A stretch of DNA of 64,000 bases from a virus (IMGVR_UViG_3300009103_001934:96001-160000), one strand, 5' to 3'; positions 19,621 to 27,783 are shown, counted from the first letter of the stretch. Notes: a model not told the origin generated them from the letters alone. A program made the numbers and translations.

Positions 19621-20031
19621 ATGGAAAACAACGAACTATCAAAAACGGAAAAGCTCGACGTAGCACTCCAAAGTCATAAGTTCTACAATCACCAGTGCGT
19701 AGAATTAGAGAAGAAAATCAACATTAAGATTGATAGCATTTTTCAAACAGAAGAAACAGGAAAGAATATAAGTAAGAAAGATATTTTCGAGACGGTTGGT
19801 TTGGTAAATCAACTACTCTCCCTGTCAAGTAAGTATATGATGGAAGGCAAAAATGTTGTAAGTGAGTTAGAAAAAGTAGACCCAAAAGAAATTGAAGCGG
19901 ATTTTGCAAAAGTAATGAAAAAGCAATTAACCGCGATGAACGAAAAACAAGAGGCAATTCACGATAGAGTGAGAGAGATACAACAAATGCTGATTGAGAT
20001 GTATAATGTTGATGAAGATGATACTTTTTAG
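19621..20031 (+). CDS. Hypothetical coiled-coil protein
   Basis: AT-rich helical ORF between rIIA and rIIB. Confidence 0.7.
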   Translation: MENNELSKTEKLDVALQSHKFYNHQCVELEKKINIKIDSIFQTEETGKNISKKDIFETVGLVNQLLSLSSKYMMEGKNVVSELEKVDPKEIEADFAKVMKKQLTAMNEKQEAIHDRVREIQQMLIEMYNVDEDDTF

Positions 20032-20093
20032 TAAAAAAGACTTGTGTTAGAATAGGAAATCGACTAGAATAGAAAGATAGAGGAAACAAAATT

Positions 20094-20903
20094 ATGATAC
20101 CGCACATATTAACAGAAAACAGTCTGACAGTGGTGATAAATGGTCAGGCTCAAACCATGAACAGTGACCATCCAGCTTGGGAACAAGCGAAGGATGCACT
20201 CAAGAGTTCCGAATGGGAACGGCTTGAGAAGATGTTCGATGTGTCTCATGCCGTAGAGGATTACCTCGACGATGATGCCAACATCGAGGTAAAGGACGGA
20301 GCAGTATTCTACGGGGGCGAATCCGTTCATAACTATTGCGTAGACAAGATTCTCGATTTCATGCGGGATGGTCTACCATATCAACCCTTGGTTAAATTCC
20401 TTGGAAAGCTCATGGCGAATCCCTCTCGTCGTGCCACAGAGGAGTTGTATCGGTTCTTGGAGCATAAATCCATGCCCCTGACCCCAGAAGGCAACTTCCT
20501 CGCTTACAAAGGCGTGACGAACGATTTCAAGGATTGTTATAGCCGCAAGTTTGACAACTCTGTTGGACAGACCTTGAGCATGATTCGTAACAGTGTTTGC
20601 GATGATGCCAATATCGGTTGCTCTAACGGGTTTCATGCTGGCAGTTATGAATATGCCAAGGGTTACGCTTCTAGCGGGGGCAATCTGATGATTGTGGAAA
20701 TTGACCCATCTGATGTGGTCAGCGTCCCTCACGATTGCGACTGTCAGAAGTTGCGTACTGCGTCATATAAAGTCGTAGGTCACATGGAGAGTATCGACGC
20801 TCCCCCGCTGGACGATGGTATCAATTACGACTATTACTCCGACGAGGAGAATGAGGCATACGCCGAAGGGTACGAACAAGCCAAAAAGGACTTGGGGTAC
20901 TAG
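20094..20903 (+). CDS. rIIB: rIIB-like protein
   Basis: FLAYKGV, FDNSVG, V.DD..GCS.GFHAGS, EIDPSDVVSVP.D..KLR...YKV. Confidence 0.8.
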   Translation: MIPHILTENSLTVVINGQAQTMNSDHPAWEQAKDALKSSEWERLEKMFDVSHAVEDYLDDDANIEVKDGAVFYGGESVHNYCVDKILDFMRDGLPYQPLVKFLGKLMANPSRRATEELYRFLEHKSMPLTPEGNFLAYKGVTNDFKDCYSRKFDNSVGQTLSMIRNSVCDDANIGCSNGFHAGSYEYAKGYASSGGNLMIVEIDPSDVVSVPHDCDCQKLRTASYKVVGHMESIDAPPLDDGINYDYYSDEENEAYAEGYEQAKKDLGY

Positions 20904-21379
20904 AAGCACGGGGGGCGGGGAATAAACCCCGCTCCCCATATTATTTTTATTATTTTAATTAGCAAGTGCGGTTAATTGACTGAACTTTCATACCTTATAC
21001 ATATACAAAGGAACCTACTTATGATGAAATTACAACCTTATAGATATACCTTAACATATAATGGAATTTATTTTCTTTGTGGCGTTCTTTATTTGGTTTA
21101 TGAAGAACGGAGATGACTTATTCGGAGGGATGGGGGGAGATTAAATCCCCCCTTTCCCCCACTTTCCTCCCCTTTTCCCCACTTTATCTTCAACAAATTC
21201 ACATCCAAAATATACCTAGACAGACAGTAGTAATAGAAAGAAAGAATAAAGGTATTACTTATTGTCATATATTACGGGTCTGCGCGATTTATATTTATTA
21301 AAATATATTTAATTAATTTAATCTATTTATATAAGCAGGGGCAAAAATCATCTTATTATATTATAGTGTATTTATTTAT

Positions 21380-21631
21380 ATGGCTAATAGTCATAAAATT
21401 AAAGTTGTTGACAAACCTTTAGGTAGACAGAAGGCAGTAGGACAGGCTTATACAGAAGCAAGAGTAATTGAAATAGACCCAAGACAAAAAAGTAAAGCAT
21501 ATTTAGATACATTAATACATGAAATGCTTCATGTCTATAATCCAGAGTGGTCTGAAAACAAAGTTACTAAAACTGCAAATGAAATGACTGAAATTATTTG
21601 GCAAAAAAATTATAGAAGAATCAAAAGATAA
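21380..21631 (+). CDS. Minimal zincin-like protein (HExxH)
   Basis: DTLIHEMLH plus a downstream Glu (SENKV). GTGTA motif at 21366. Confidence 0.6.
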   Translation: MANSHKIKVVDKPLGRQKAVGQAYTEARVIEIDPRQKSKAYLDTLIHEMLHVYNPEWSENKVTKTANEMTEIIWQKNYRRIKR

Positions 21632-21689
21632 TTAGCCGCCAATTTTAATTATTTTATTTATTAAATTTAGGTTCGACGAATGTGACCTC

Positions 21690-21788
21690 GAAATATAGCA
21701 GGTTCGACTAGGGTGATGGTGAAATATAGCAAAAATGAAAATGACTTCGAACATTTTGACCTCGAAATATAGCGCGGCGAAATATAGC
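21690..21788. repeat. Four direct repeats GAAATATAGC
   Basis: Copies at 21690, 21721, 21764 and 21779. Confidence 0.9.
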
Positions 21789-21981
21789 CCCATCTCCACT
21801 GGAATGTCAAGAAAAAAATGCCCCAGACCCGTCCTTGAGAATGAGTCTCATTTGCGATTTTTAAGAAAATAACAAAGAAAAATGCTAATTTTATTCATTT
21901 TAATAATTTTAATTGCAATTATAGATATTTTTACGAATAATCTTGACACAAATTAGGAAATAGTTCAATATATTTAATAAC

Positions 21982-22221
21982 ATGACTGCTCCCAAAAAGA
22001 AAACCAAGAAAAATAAATATAAGTTAGATGAAGCTGGACTAAAACTCGCCCAACGCTACGAAATGGCATGGCATAAGTTGTTTTATTCTAAAAGTAGATG
22101 GACACAAGAAGAAATAATTAATGAGCCGCATGGTAGACACGCGAATGAGTTTGCCAAGGAAGTAAGAAGGATGGCAGAGAACAATAGTATAGATATAAAA
22201 GTAAGTGGGAAGATTTATTAA
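21982..22221 (+). CDS. Hypothetical protein
   Basis: Promoter TTGACA(21943)-17-CAATAT. Confidence 0.6.
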   Translation: MTAPKKKTKKNKYKLDEAGLKLAQRYEMAWHKLFYSKSRWTQEEIINEPHGRHANEFAKEVRRMAENNSIDIKVSGKIY

Positions 22222-22283
22222 ATTTAATTTTATTATTTTATTTACTTGACCTCAACTTGGATAACCCTTATACTGGTTGAAGG

Positions 22284-22571
22284 ATGAACGAAAAGAAAAA
22301 ACGTAAATCGGGTGCGGGTCGGAAGAAAGGGAGCGTTAGCTTCTGTATGGTTCCCCTCACAGAGTTAGTATCCAAACTGCCTAGCGGGGCAATTATCGTA
22401 GTGAGTAGGAAGTTCTGCGAATCTATGGGTATCGAGGGGCAACCTGTCGTATCCACGCCGACCATGATGATGCCTCTTGCTACTGCTGCCAAAGCTAATG
22501 CCGTACAGGTTACTGACTTGAATGAAAGTAAGAAAGAAACCGCGCCAGACTTTAGCGTTGACAACTGGTAA
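22284..22571 (+). CDS. Hypothetical protein with basic SGAGRKKG DNA-binding-like N-terminus
   Basis: Promoter TTGACC(22246)-17-TATACT(22269). Confidence 0.65.
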   Translation: MNEKKKRKSGAGRKKGSVSFCMVPLTELVSKLPSGAIIVVSRKFCESMGIEGQPVVSTPTMMMPLATAAKANAVQVTDLNESKKETAPDFSVDNW

Positions 22572-22594
22572 GAAATCCCTTACAATTAAAGACG

Positions 22595-23569
22595 ATGAGT
22601 GAAACCTACTTCCCAGATATAATTGGTCAGAACCGTGTCAAAAAAGCGTTGGGCTTTTATATTGACGGTTATCAAGAAACGAATTGCATACCGCATCTGA
22701 TGTTTACTGCACCTCGCGGGTGCGGCAAGACTACGATGGCAACTGCTATGGCAAAGAACCTTGTTGGGCCTGACGGTGCGATTAAGCCTCTTATTACTAT
22801 CAACTGTTCTACCATCAAGAGCCTCAAGCAGTTTTTCAATATGATTGTGATACCTCATATGGTTGAGCGTGATGCCACCGTGCTGTTTGACGAATGTTCT
22901 GAATTGCCCAAGGATGTGACGATGGCACTACTGACCATCACCAACCCTAATCCAGAGAACCAGAACGAGTTCTCCTATGAGGACTATAACGTGGTGTTTG
23001 ACTTTCGCCGCTTGAGCTTCATGTTCGCCACTACCGAAGGGCAAAGTATCTTCCATGCACTCATGGACAGAATGGAGCGCATCGACTTGGAAGAATATAA
23101 GTTAGATGAACTTGGTAAGATTGTGTTGCTTGGATTAGACGGTTATACTGTCGAGCAAAAAACGCTAGAGAGTATTTCTAACGTCCTGCGAGGCAACGCC
23201 CGTGCTGGTCAGAAAATGGCGATGAAGATGCGCCTATACCTTGATGCTAAAGGTCAGACTCATTTTGCCGACAAGGATTGGAAGGAACTTATGGACAAGC
23301 TCGGTATCCTGCCGCTTGGCATCTCCGTCCAAGAACTCAACCTCATGCGTTACATGGCGCGGAAGAAGGCAACTCGCCTTACCGAACTCGCCGCAATCAC
23401 TGGACTCTCCAAGGGAGCAATCCAAAAAGATTATGAGTTATATCTCTCCAAAATGGGTCTAATGGAGATACAACCAGAGGGTCGCTCCCTCACAACAAAA
23501 GGATTGGAGTATCTTAATGACCTCGATGGAGTTAAAAAGAACAAGTCTAACAAGGCTAGTAAAAAATAA
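22595..23569 (+). CDS. ruvB: RuvB-like AAA+ ATPase (Holliday junction branch migration)
   Basis: FPDIIGQ, Walker A APRGCGKTT, Walker B LFDE, FATT, Arg finger DR, C-terminal winged helix ending PEGRSLT.KG..YL. Confidence 0.8.
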   Translation: MSETYFPDIIGQNRVKKALGFYIDGYQETNCIPHLMFTAPRGCGKTTMATAMAKNLVGPDGAIKPLITINCSTIKSLKQFFNMIVIPHMVERDATVLFDECSELPKDVTMALLTITNPNPENQNEFSYEDYNVVFDFRRLSFMFATTEGQSIFHALMDRMERIDLEEYKLDELGKIVLLGLDGYTVEQKTLESISNVLRGNARAGQKMAMKMRLYLDAKGQTHFADKDWKELMDKLGILPLGISVQELNLMRYMARKKATRLTELAAITGLSKGAIQKDYELYLSKMGLMEIQPEGRSLTTKGLEYLNDLDGVKKNKSNKASKK

Positions 23570-23597
23570 ATATAAAATAGATGATGAGCCTATACGG

Positions 23598-23819
23598 ATG
23601 TCTGATTACGAATGGCGCGGCACATTAAATAATAGTGATTTATTTGTAGTTATTAAATATAACCTTGGTGCTTGGAAAGTAAAATATGCTGAAACAGAAT
23701 ACGATCTAAATAATGTAGATTATATATATGTAGCGCAAGAATGGAGTCCGATGAAGTATATTATAAATAAAGATAAGATAGAAATAAATAACTTAATAAC
23801 ATTTTTAGGATGGAAATAA
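23598..23819 (+). CDS. Hypothetical protein
   Basis: The track ORF 23517..23819 actually reads on the + strand. Likely start is MSDYEW at 23598. Confidence 0.55.
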   Translation: MSDYEWRGTLNNSDLFVVIKYNLGAWKVKYAETEYDLNNVDYIYVAQEWSPMKYIINKDKIEINNLITFLGWK

Positions 23820-23866
23820 ATAAAAATAAACTTGAATTTAGTCAGGAAGTAGGCTAATATATAGAT

Positions 23867-23938
23867 GTGGGTGCAACGCCCACAGTTCGTTCATCATCAT
23901 CGAATCCTCCTGCGGGAAACTGCGGGGGGATTTTTTTT
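23867..23938 (+). ncRNA. Candidate 72-nt trans-acting sRNA
   Basis: Own promoter TTGAAT(23832)-17-TAATAT(23855), 5' hairpin, unpaired core AGTTCGTTCATCATCATCG, 12-bp GAAA-capped terminator plus T8. Confidence 0.65.
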
Positions 23939-24197
23939 GTATTTTCTTTAAAACAGTGTAAATAATAATAAGACCTTGCTAAATAAATAAATAAGGCAAG
24001 CTCAACAGGTTATGTTCAAATAAGCTTTGTAGAATAGGTTCGTCAAATATAGAACTGAAATAAAGTAAAAATAAAACAGGCCCAAATAAGGTAAGGTTTA
24101 AACTAAATGAGAGTCAATCTCAACGTCCCTCCTTTATGCTAATGAGACTCATTCTCAATTTCACCGGTCCCGATGTTGGCAATCAAAATTCCAAGAA

Positions 24198-24280
24198 AAT
24201 GATCGACAAACTATTTTGCCGCTCACGAATGATCGACAAACAAATTTGCCAATCAAAATCTTCCCAAAATGATCGACAAA
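24198..24280. repeat. Three direct repeats AATGATCGACAAA
   Basis: Copies at 24198, 24228 and 24268 (30- and 40-bp spacing). Confidence 0.9.
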
Positions 24281-24332
24281 AAAAAGTAAAAAAAGGCTTG
24301 CACTAAAATGGGATGTACGGTATACTATTAAA

Positions 24333-24785
24333 ACAGTGAGGGTAACACCTCCACGATCTTTGAGACAATTTAAGAAGGCGACTGTGGTAGTCCTCACGCA
24401 AGTGAGTGCCCTCGCGGGAAAGCCCCCAGTGGAAGCGCGACGAAACTGGACGGTGATACGATACCGGAGGGATGGGGTTCGACTCCTCACGCCCTAACAA
24501 TTTAAGCCTTGGGTGACGGAACAAACGTCCGACAGAGGAAACGGCCCAAGCAATTTTTACTCCGGCGACGGTTGGAGTAAGGGAATGGCTGAATAACCCT
24601 CCATCATAAGGGGTAAGGCACAGGGCCGCGCGTTAGAGTGCAATCGTATGAGGCGCGTGGTTCTGGTAGACTGGTAAACTTGAACTGTATTGTGCACTGG
24701 TCTTGATGGTAATGCAGCAATCCATCTTCCCATTAATTTAGCATAATCCTGAGGTTGGTGAAAACCATTAAAGAGATATTAAGCA
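24333..24785 (+). ncRNA. Candidate structured ncRNA(s) containing a tRNA-like T-arm
   Basis: Promoter TTGCAC(24298)-17-TATACT(24321), no + strand ORF, many hairpins with GNRA loops, T-arm TGGGG-TTCGACT-CCTCA. Confidence 0.55.
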
Positions 24786-24835
24786 ACAACGCCGAAATCC
24801 GCCTCTGATTTTTTTTGCCCTAATGTTAATTTTTT

Positions 24836-24873
24836 GCTTGACACGCCGGGACCGGTCCCGGCGCCTGTCAAGC
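24836..24873. repeat. Module A1: GCTTGACA-CGGGACCGGTCCCG-TGTCAAGC
   Basis: Core at 24847-24860, T-tracts on both sides, DnaA box at 24879. Confidence 0.95.
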
Positions 24874-25137
24874 TTTTTTTATTCACAGCCTGTGAGAATT
24901 TCTTAAAAAGGGGCGATTTCTCCGGTGTGAAATTCGGCGTATATAAGAAACTATTTGACCCCATACCCTGCAAAAACAGTGTCAAGCTCAAAAACAATTA
25001 CCCTATATAAACGCATTTAATTAGCCTAATTAAAAAAGATGTGTGTGACGTGCATTTTTTTCTTGCCAGTGATTAGGAAGTGTGAGATAATGGTTTTAGT
25101 CGATTGAGACATAACTACTAACGAAAGAGAACGAACT

Positions 25138-26073
25138 ATGCCTATTACCGCAAAACAAAGCAAAAACAAAGATTGGGATTTCACCGTAGCACAGGAGGAG
25201 CTTTTCCTGCCTGACGGCAAGAAGTCCGGTTTCTTCGCGTCCCGCCGCCTCGACAACAACGAGGTGCTGGGCTGTCACACTAGCCGCTACGGCATCGTCC
25301 AGAATGGCGACCTAGTGGAAAAAGCCGAGAGTGCTTTTCGCCGCAAGGGATTGGGCGATTTTGAGCGCAACATCTATGTGACTGACGGCGGAGCCAAGCT
25401 GCGCGTCAATTACGACTTCCAAGGTCACGATATTGAAGTGCCAGAAGTGGGTGACAAGATGGGCTTTCGCCTGACCTTGCAAAACTCATTTGACCGCTCG
25501 CTGCGCGTGTCCTTTGCGCTCGGTATGCTTCGCCTCGTTTGCACCAACGGTATGCAGACGCTCGAAAAGGAATTGGATATGCTCAAGAAGCACTCCAAGA
25601 ACTTTGACCTCGGCGCGTTGCTGACTGATGACGCAATCGACAAGGCTATGGCTACGTTCACCAACACGGGGAACACATACGCCGCGCTGGCTCGCGTTGG
25701 AGTTACTCAAGAGCAAGGCATCTTCGCCCTGCAAAACCAAGCCAACACTGGTTTGATTTCTGACAAGGTGCGCGAGGGTATCGCAAGCGTGTGGAACAAC
25801 CCACGCGAGGATGGTGCTGACGGTTCGGTTGGTGATGACCGCAACCTCTACCAACTCTACAACGCTGCCACGCAGTACCTCACCAGTGACAACTTGGTTG
25901 ACAAGAAGTCTGGCGATGCTGTCGGCACGTTCGAGTCCACCCGCTTCGAGTACGCGAACCGCGTTAGCTCGCAACTGCTCAAGCGGTTCAACCTCGCCAG
26001 CGACAACCCCAAGCGGTTTGACAAACTGGTTGCGGTTGCCAAGGCTGACGGCGTAAAGGTCGAGAACAACTAG
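25138..26073 (+). CDS. DUF932-family phage/plasmid protein
   Basis: YGIVQN, QNSFDRS, RLVCTNG, LYQLYNAATQY. Promoter TTGCCA(25063)-17-GATAAT(25086). Confidence 0.8.
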   Translation: MPITAKQSKNKDWDFTVAQEELFLPDGKKSGFFASRRLDNNEVLGCHTSRYGIVQNGDLVEKAESAFRRKGLGDFERNIYVTDGGAKLRVNYDFQGHDIEVPEVGDKMGFRLTLQNSFDRSLRVSFALGMLRLVCTNGMQTLEKELDMLKKHSKNFDLGALLTDDAIDKAMATFTNTGNTYAALARVGVTQEQGIFALQNQANTGLISDKVREGIASVWNNPREDGADGSVGDDRNLYQLYNAATQYLTSDNLVDKKSGDAVGTFESTRFEYANRVSSQLLKRFNLASDNPKRFDKLVAVAKADGVKVENN

Positions 26074-26089
26074 GCCAAACCTACAAACA

Positions 26090-26117
26090 CCCCCCGCCTT
26101 CGGGCGGGGATTTTTTT
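26090..26117 (+). terminator. Intrinsic terminator
   Basis: CCCCGCC-TTCG-GGCGGGG followed by a T-tract. Confidence 0.9.
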
Positions 26118-26136
26118 GCGATTGTGGAAACTTTTT

Positions 26137-26175
26137 GCTTGACATTCGGCGGGACCGGTCCCGATTTTGTCAAGC
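26137..26175. repeat. Module A2
   Basis: Core at 26150-26163. Confidence 0.95.
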
Positions 26176-26241
26176 TTTTTTTGTGCGTTTGCGAATAACT
26201 TTCTTCTTGACGTAAAAGCGGATGTGTAGTACTATATAAAC

Positions 26242-26478
26242 ATGATGAACGAATTAGATCAACTCAAAGAAGACATTTGCATGAAGAGCTTCGGTCGCAG
26301 CCGAAGTCTCGCGCTAGCCGCAGGGCAGTGTGTTAAGTGTGGAACCTATGACCTCGACTTTCGCGATGAACCATCGCAACGTGAGTACAAACTCACCGTG
26401 TGGTGTCAGTCGTGCCAAGACGATTTCTTCGGGCTGGATTCGGACGGTGAAATCGCATGGGAGGAGGATGAGGATTAA
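26242..26478 (+). CDS. Small CxxC...CxxC zinc-ribbon protein, leaderless
   Basis: CVKC and CQSC. Promoter TTGACG(26207)-17-TACTAT(26230). Confidence 0.7.
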   Translation: MMNELDQLKEDICMKSFGRSRSLALAAGQCVKCGTYDLDFRDEPSQREYKLTVWCQSCQDDFFGLDSDGEIAWEEDED

Positions 26479-26990
26479 TGGATATCGCAAACACACTTAA
26501 GCGCGAGGTCTATCGCAACCTTCACTTCAGGAACGAGACCGTTTATTCTGTACGTAAGGAAGGCCTTGTAGAGGGGCATGCCCTGATGGTCATCATGGAC
26601 GGAACGACTAAGACCCCAATTAAGTTTGCGGTCGGCCCTAAGGGCAACCAGCGCGTACGTGATGAAGAGCGCAAGAACGTGCACGCTGTTATCCGCGGGC
26701 ACATCAACAACGCCGTGTGGTATACAAGTGACATGGATGTGGATGCATTCGAAATGGGTCATGCTAAGGATGCCTGCGAGTACTTTAAAAAACAGTACAT
26801 GATCGAGCGTGAGGGATATCGATGGCTTGAGGTTGTATATAATCCTTACAAGTACCGCACCTTCATGACTCGTGACACGGATCCTTTCAGATCGAATGAA
26901 GACGTCTATGAGCCTATCTTTACCGCTCGCACAGTCATCATCGGCGAGACGTGCTGGGCGCAAGTCCGGGCGGAGCACGAGATGAATTAA
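26478..26990 (+). CDS. Hypothetical phage protein
   Basis: VYRNLH, RVRDEERKNVHA, YNPYKY. Confidence 0.75.
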   Translation: MDIANTLKREVYRNLHFRNETVYSVRKEGLVEGHALMVIMDGTTKTPIKFAVGPKGNQRVRDEERKNVHAVIRGHINNAVWYTSDMDVDAFEMGHAKDACEYFKKQYMIEREGYRWLEVVYNPYKYRTFMTRDTDPFRSNEDVYEPIFTARTVIIGETCWAQVRAEHEMN

Positions 26991-27005
26991 TATTTTTCCT
27001 CCATC

Positions 27006-27052
27006 AGGCGGGTCCGGGTTTTATGTGTTTGACCGGGCCCGCCTACTTTTTT
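27006..27052 (+). terminator. Intrinsic terminator
   Basis: AGGCGGGTCCGG...CCGGGCCCGCCT followed by a T-tract. Confidence 0.8.
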
Positions 27053-27090
27053 GCTTGACATTTCGGGACCGGTCCCGCGGCTTGTCAAGC
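27053..27090. repeat. Module A3
   Basis: Core at 27064-27077, TTATCCACA at 27096. Confidence 0.95.
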
Positions 27091-27166
27091 TTTTTTTATC
27101 CACAACCTGTGAATTATTTTTTCATTTTTTTCTTGCCTTTTTCTGCTCAACCTGTATAATGCTCGC

Positions 27167-27295
27167 ATGAAGATTAAAGCAAGAGTAAGCAAACAAGGAT
27201 TTATGGGCAGCGCGTCCCGTGAACACAGAGTGAAGAAGGGCAAAGGCTCTTTCACTCGCAAACAAAAACACAAAAAAAGTATTGACACAAACTAG
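27167..27295 (+). CDS. ArfA-like 42-aa peptide (not in ORF track), leaderless
   Basis: MKIKARVSKQGFMGSASREHRVKKGKGSFTRKQKHKKSIDTN carries the ArfA signature KKGKGS[YF]xRKxKH. TATAAT at 27155. Confidence 0.7.
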   Translation: MKIKARVSKQGFMGSASREHRVKKGKGSFTRKQKHKKSIDTN

Positions 27296-27314
27296 GATAT
27301 AGGAGATAATCATA

Positions 27315-27746
27315 ATGATGATGGACGATATAAAACTGACCTACATTCCAGACTCTCACGACTGGATTAAAGTATATTTGCAAGCACCTAACGCAGAACT
27401 TGCCGAGGCGTGGTTTAATTCCTTTTGGAATCACAACGCTACAAGCCAAGACGAGCCAGAATGGATATTCAAAAACGAGTTGGCATTTTGTACCACTTGG
27501 GACAAGCTAACCAAGGCCATGAATGATATTTTTCTTTTCATCCTTCTTAATGATGATGAAGATGCTTTCAAAGGCGAGGAAGGCGGCGCGATGCCGTTTG
27601 CCAAGGAACTAGCCAAGGCCAAGATTGCAGAGATGAACAAAAAAGATTCATCCATGCGCTACGGTCGCCAAGGTCACGTTTACACACTCGGCGATGTTTA
27701 CACCAACGAGGAAAAGTCATTTTCTTCTGGAACGTGCGACGTTTAA
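27315..27746 (+). CDS. Hypothetical protein, leaderless
   Basis: Promoter TTGACA(27282)-17-GATAAT(27305). Confidence 0.7.
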   Translation: MMMDDIKLTYIPDSHDWIKVYLQAPNAELAEAWFNSFWNHNATSQDEPEWIFKNELAFCTTWDKLTKAMNDIFLFILLNDDEDAFKGEEGGAMPFAKELAKAKIAEMNKKDSSMRYGRQGHVYTLGDVYTNEEKSFSSGTCDV

Positions 27747-27783
27747 GCTTGACCTTTAACCCTCAAACCTTTATTATACTCTG

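Noticed and set aside
21113-21301. 62-aa ORF across the polypyrimidine tract
   Set aside because: Low-complexity translation of a structural DNA element, with no start context.
23517-23819. Track ORF labelled as minus strand
   Set aside because: The listed protein reads from the + strand (ATGACCTCG at 23517, TAA at 23817). The label is wrong, so it is annotated as + from 23598.
24373-24500. Canonical tRNA or tmRNA
   Set aside because: Only the T-arm is canonical. The acceptor stem has mismatches, there is no D-arm, 7-nt anticodon loop, CCA or G3.U70, and no tag ORF ending in Ala-Ala-stop was found.
24161-24524. Minus-strand ORFs over the structured RNA region
   Set aside because: They run antisense to a consensus promoter across base-paired elements and have no protein features.
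24847-24860. Restriction-site decoy idea (ACCGGT, GGWCC, CCGG, GGGAC and nearby AAGCTT/GTCTC inside the modules)
   Set aside because: Any GC-rich palindrome contains such sites, and nothing in the window links them to an R-M system.
25486-26145. 219-aa antisense ORF (similar cases at 13293, 26475 and 60312)
   Set aside because: Shadows of strongly codon-biased + strand genes, with no motifs or promoters.
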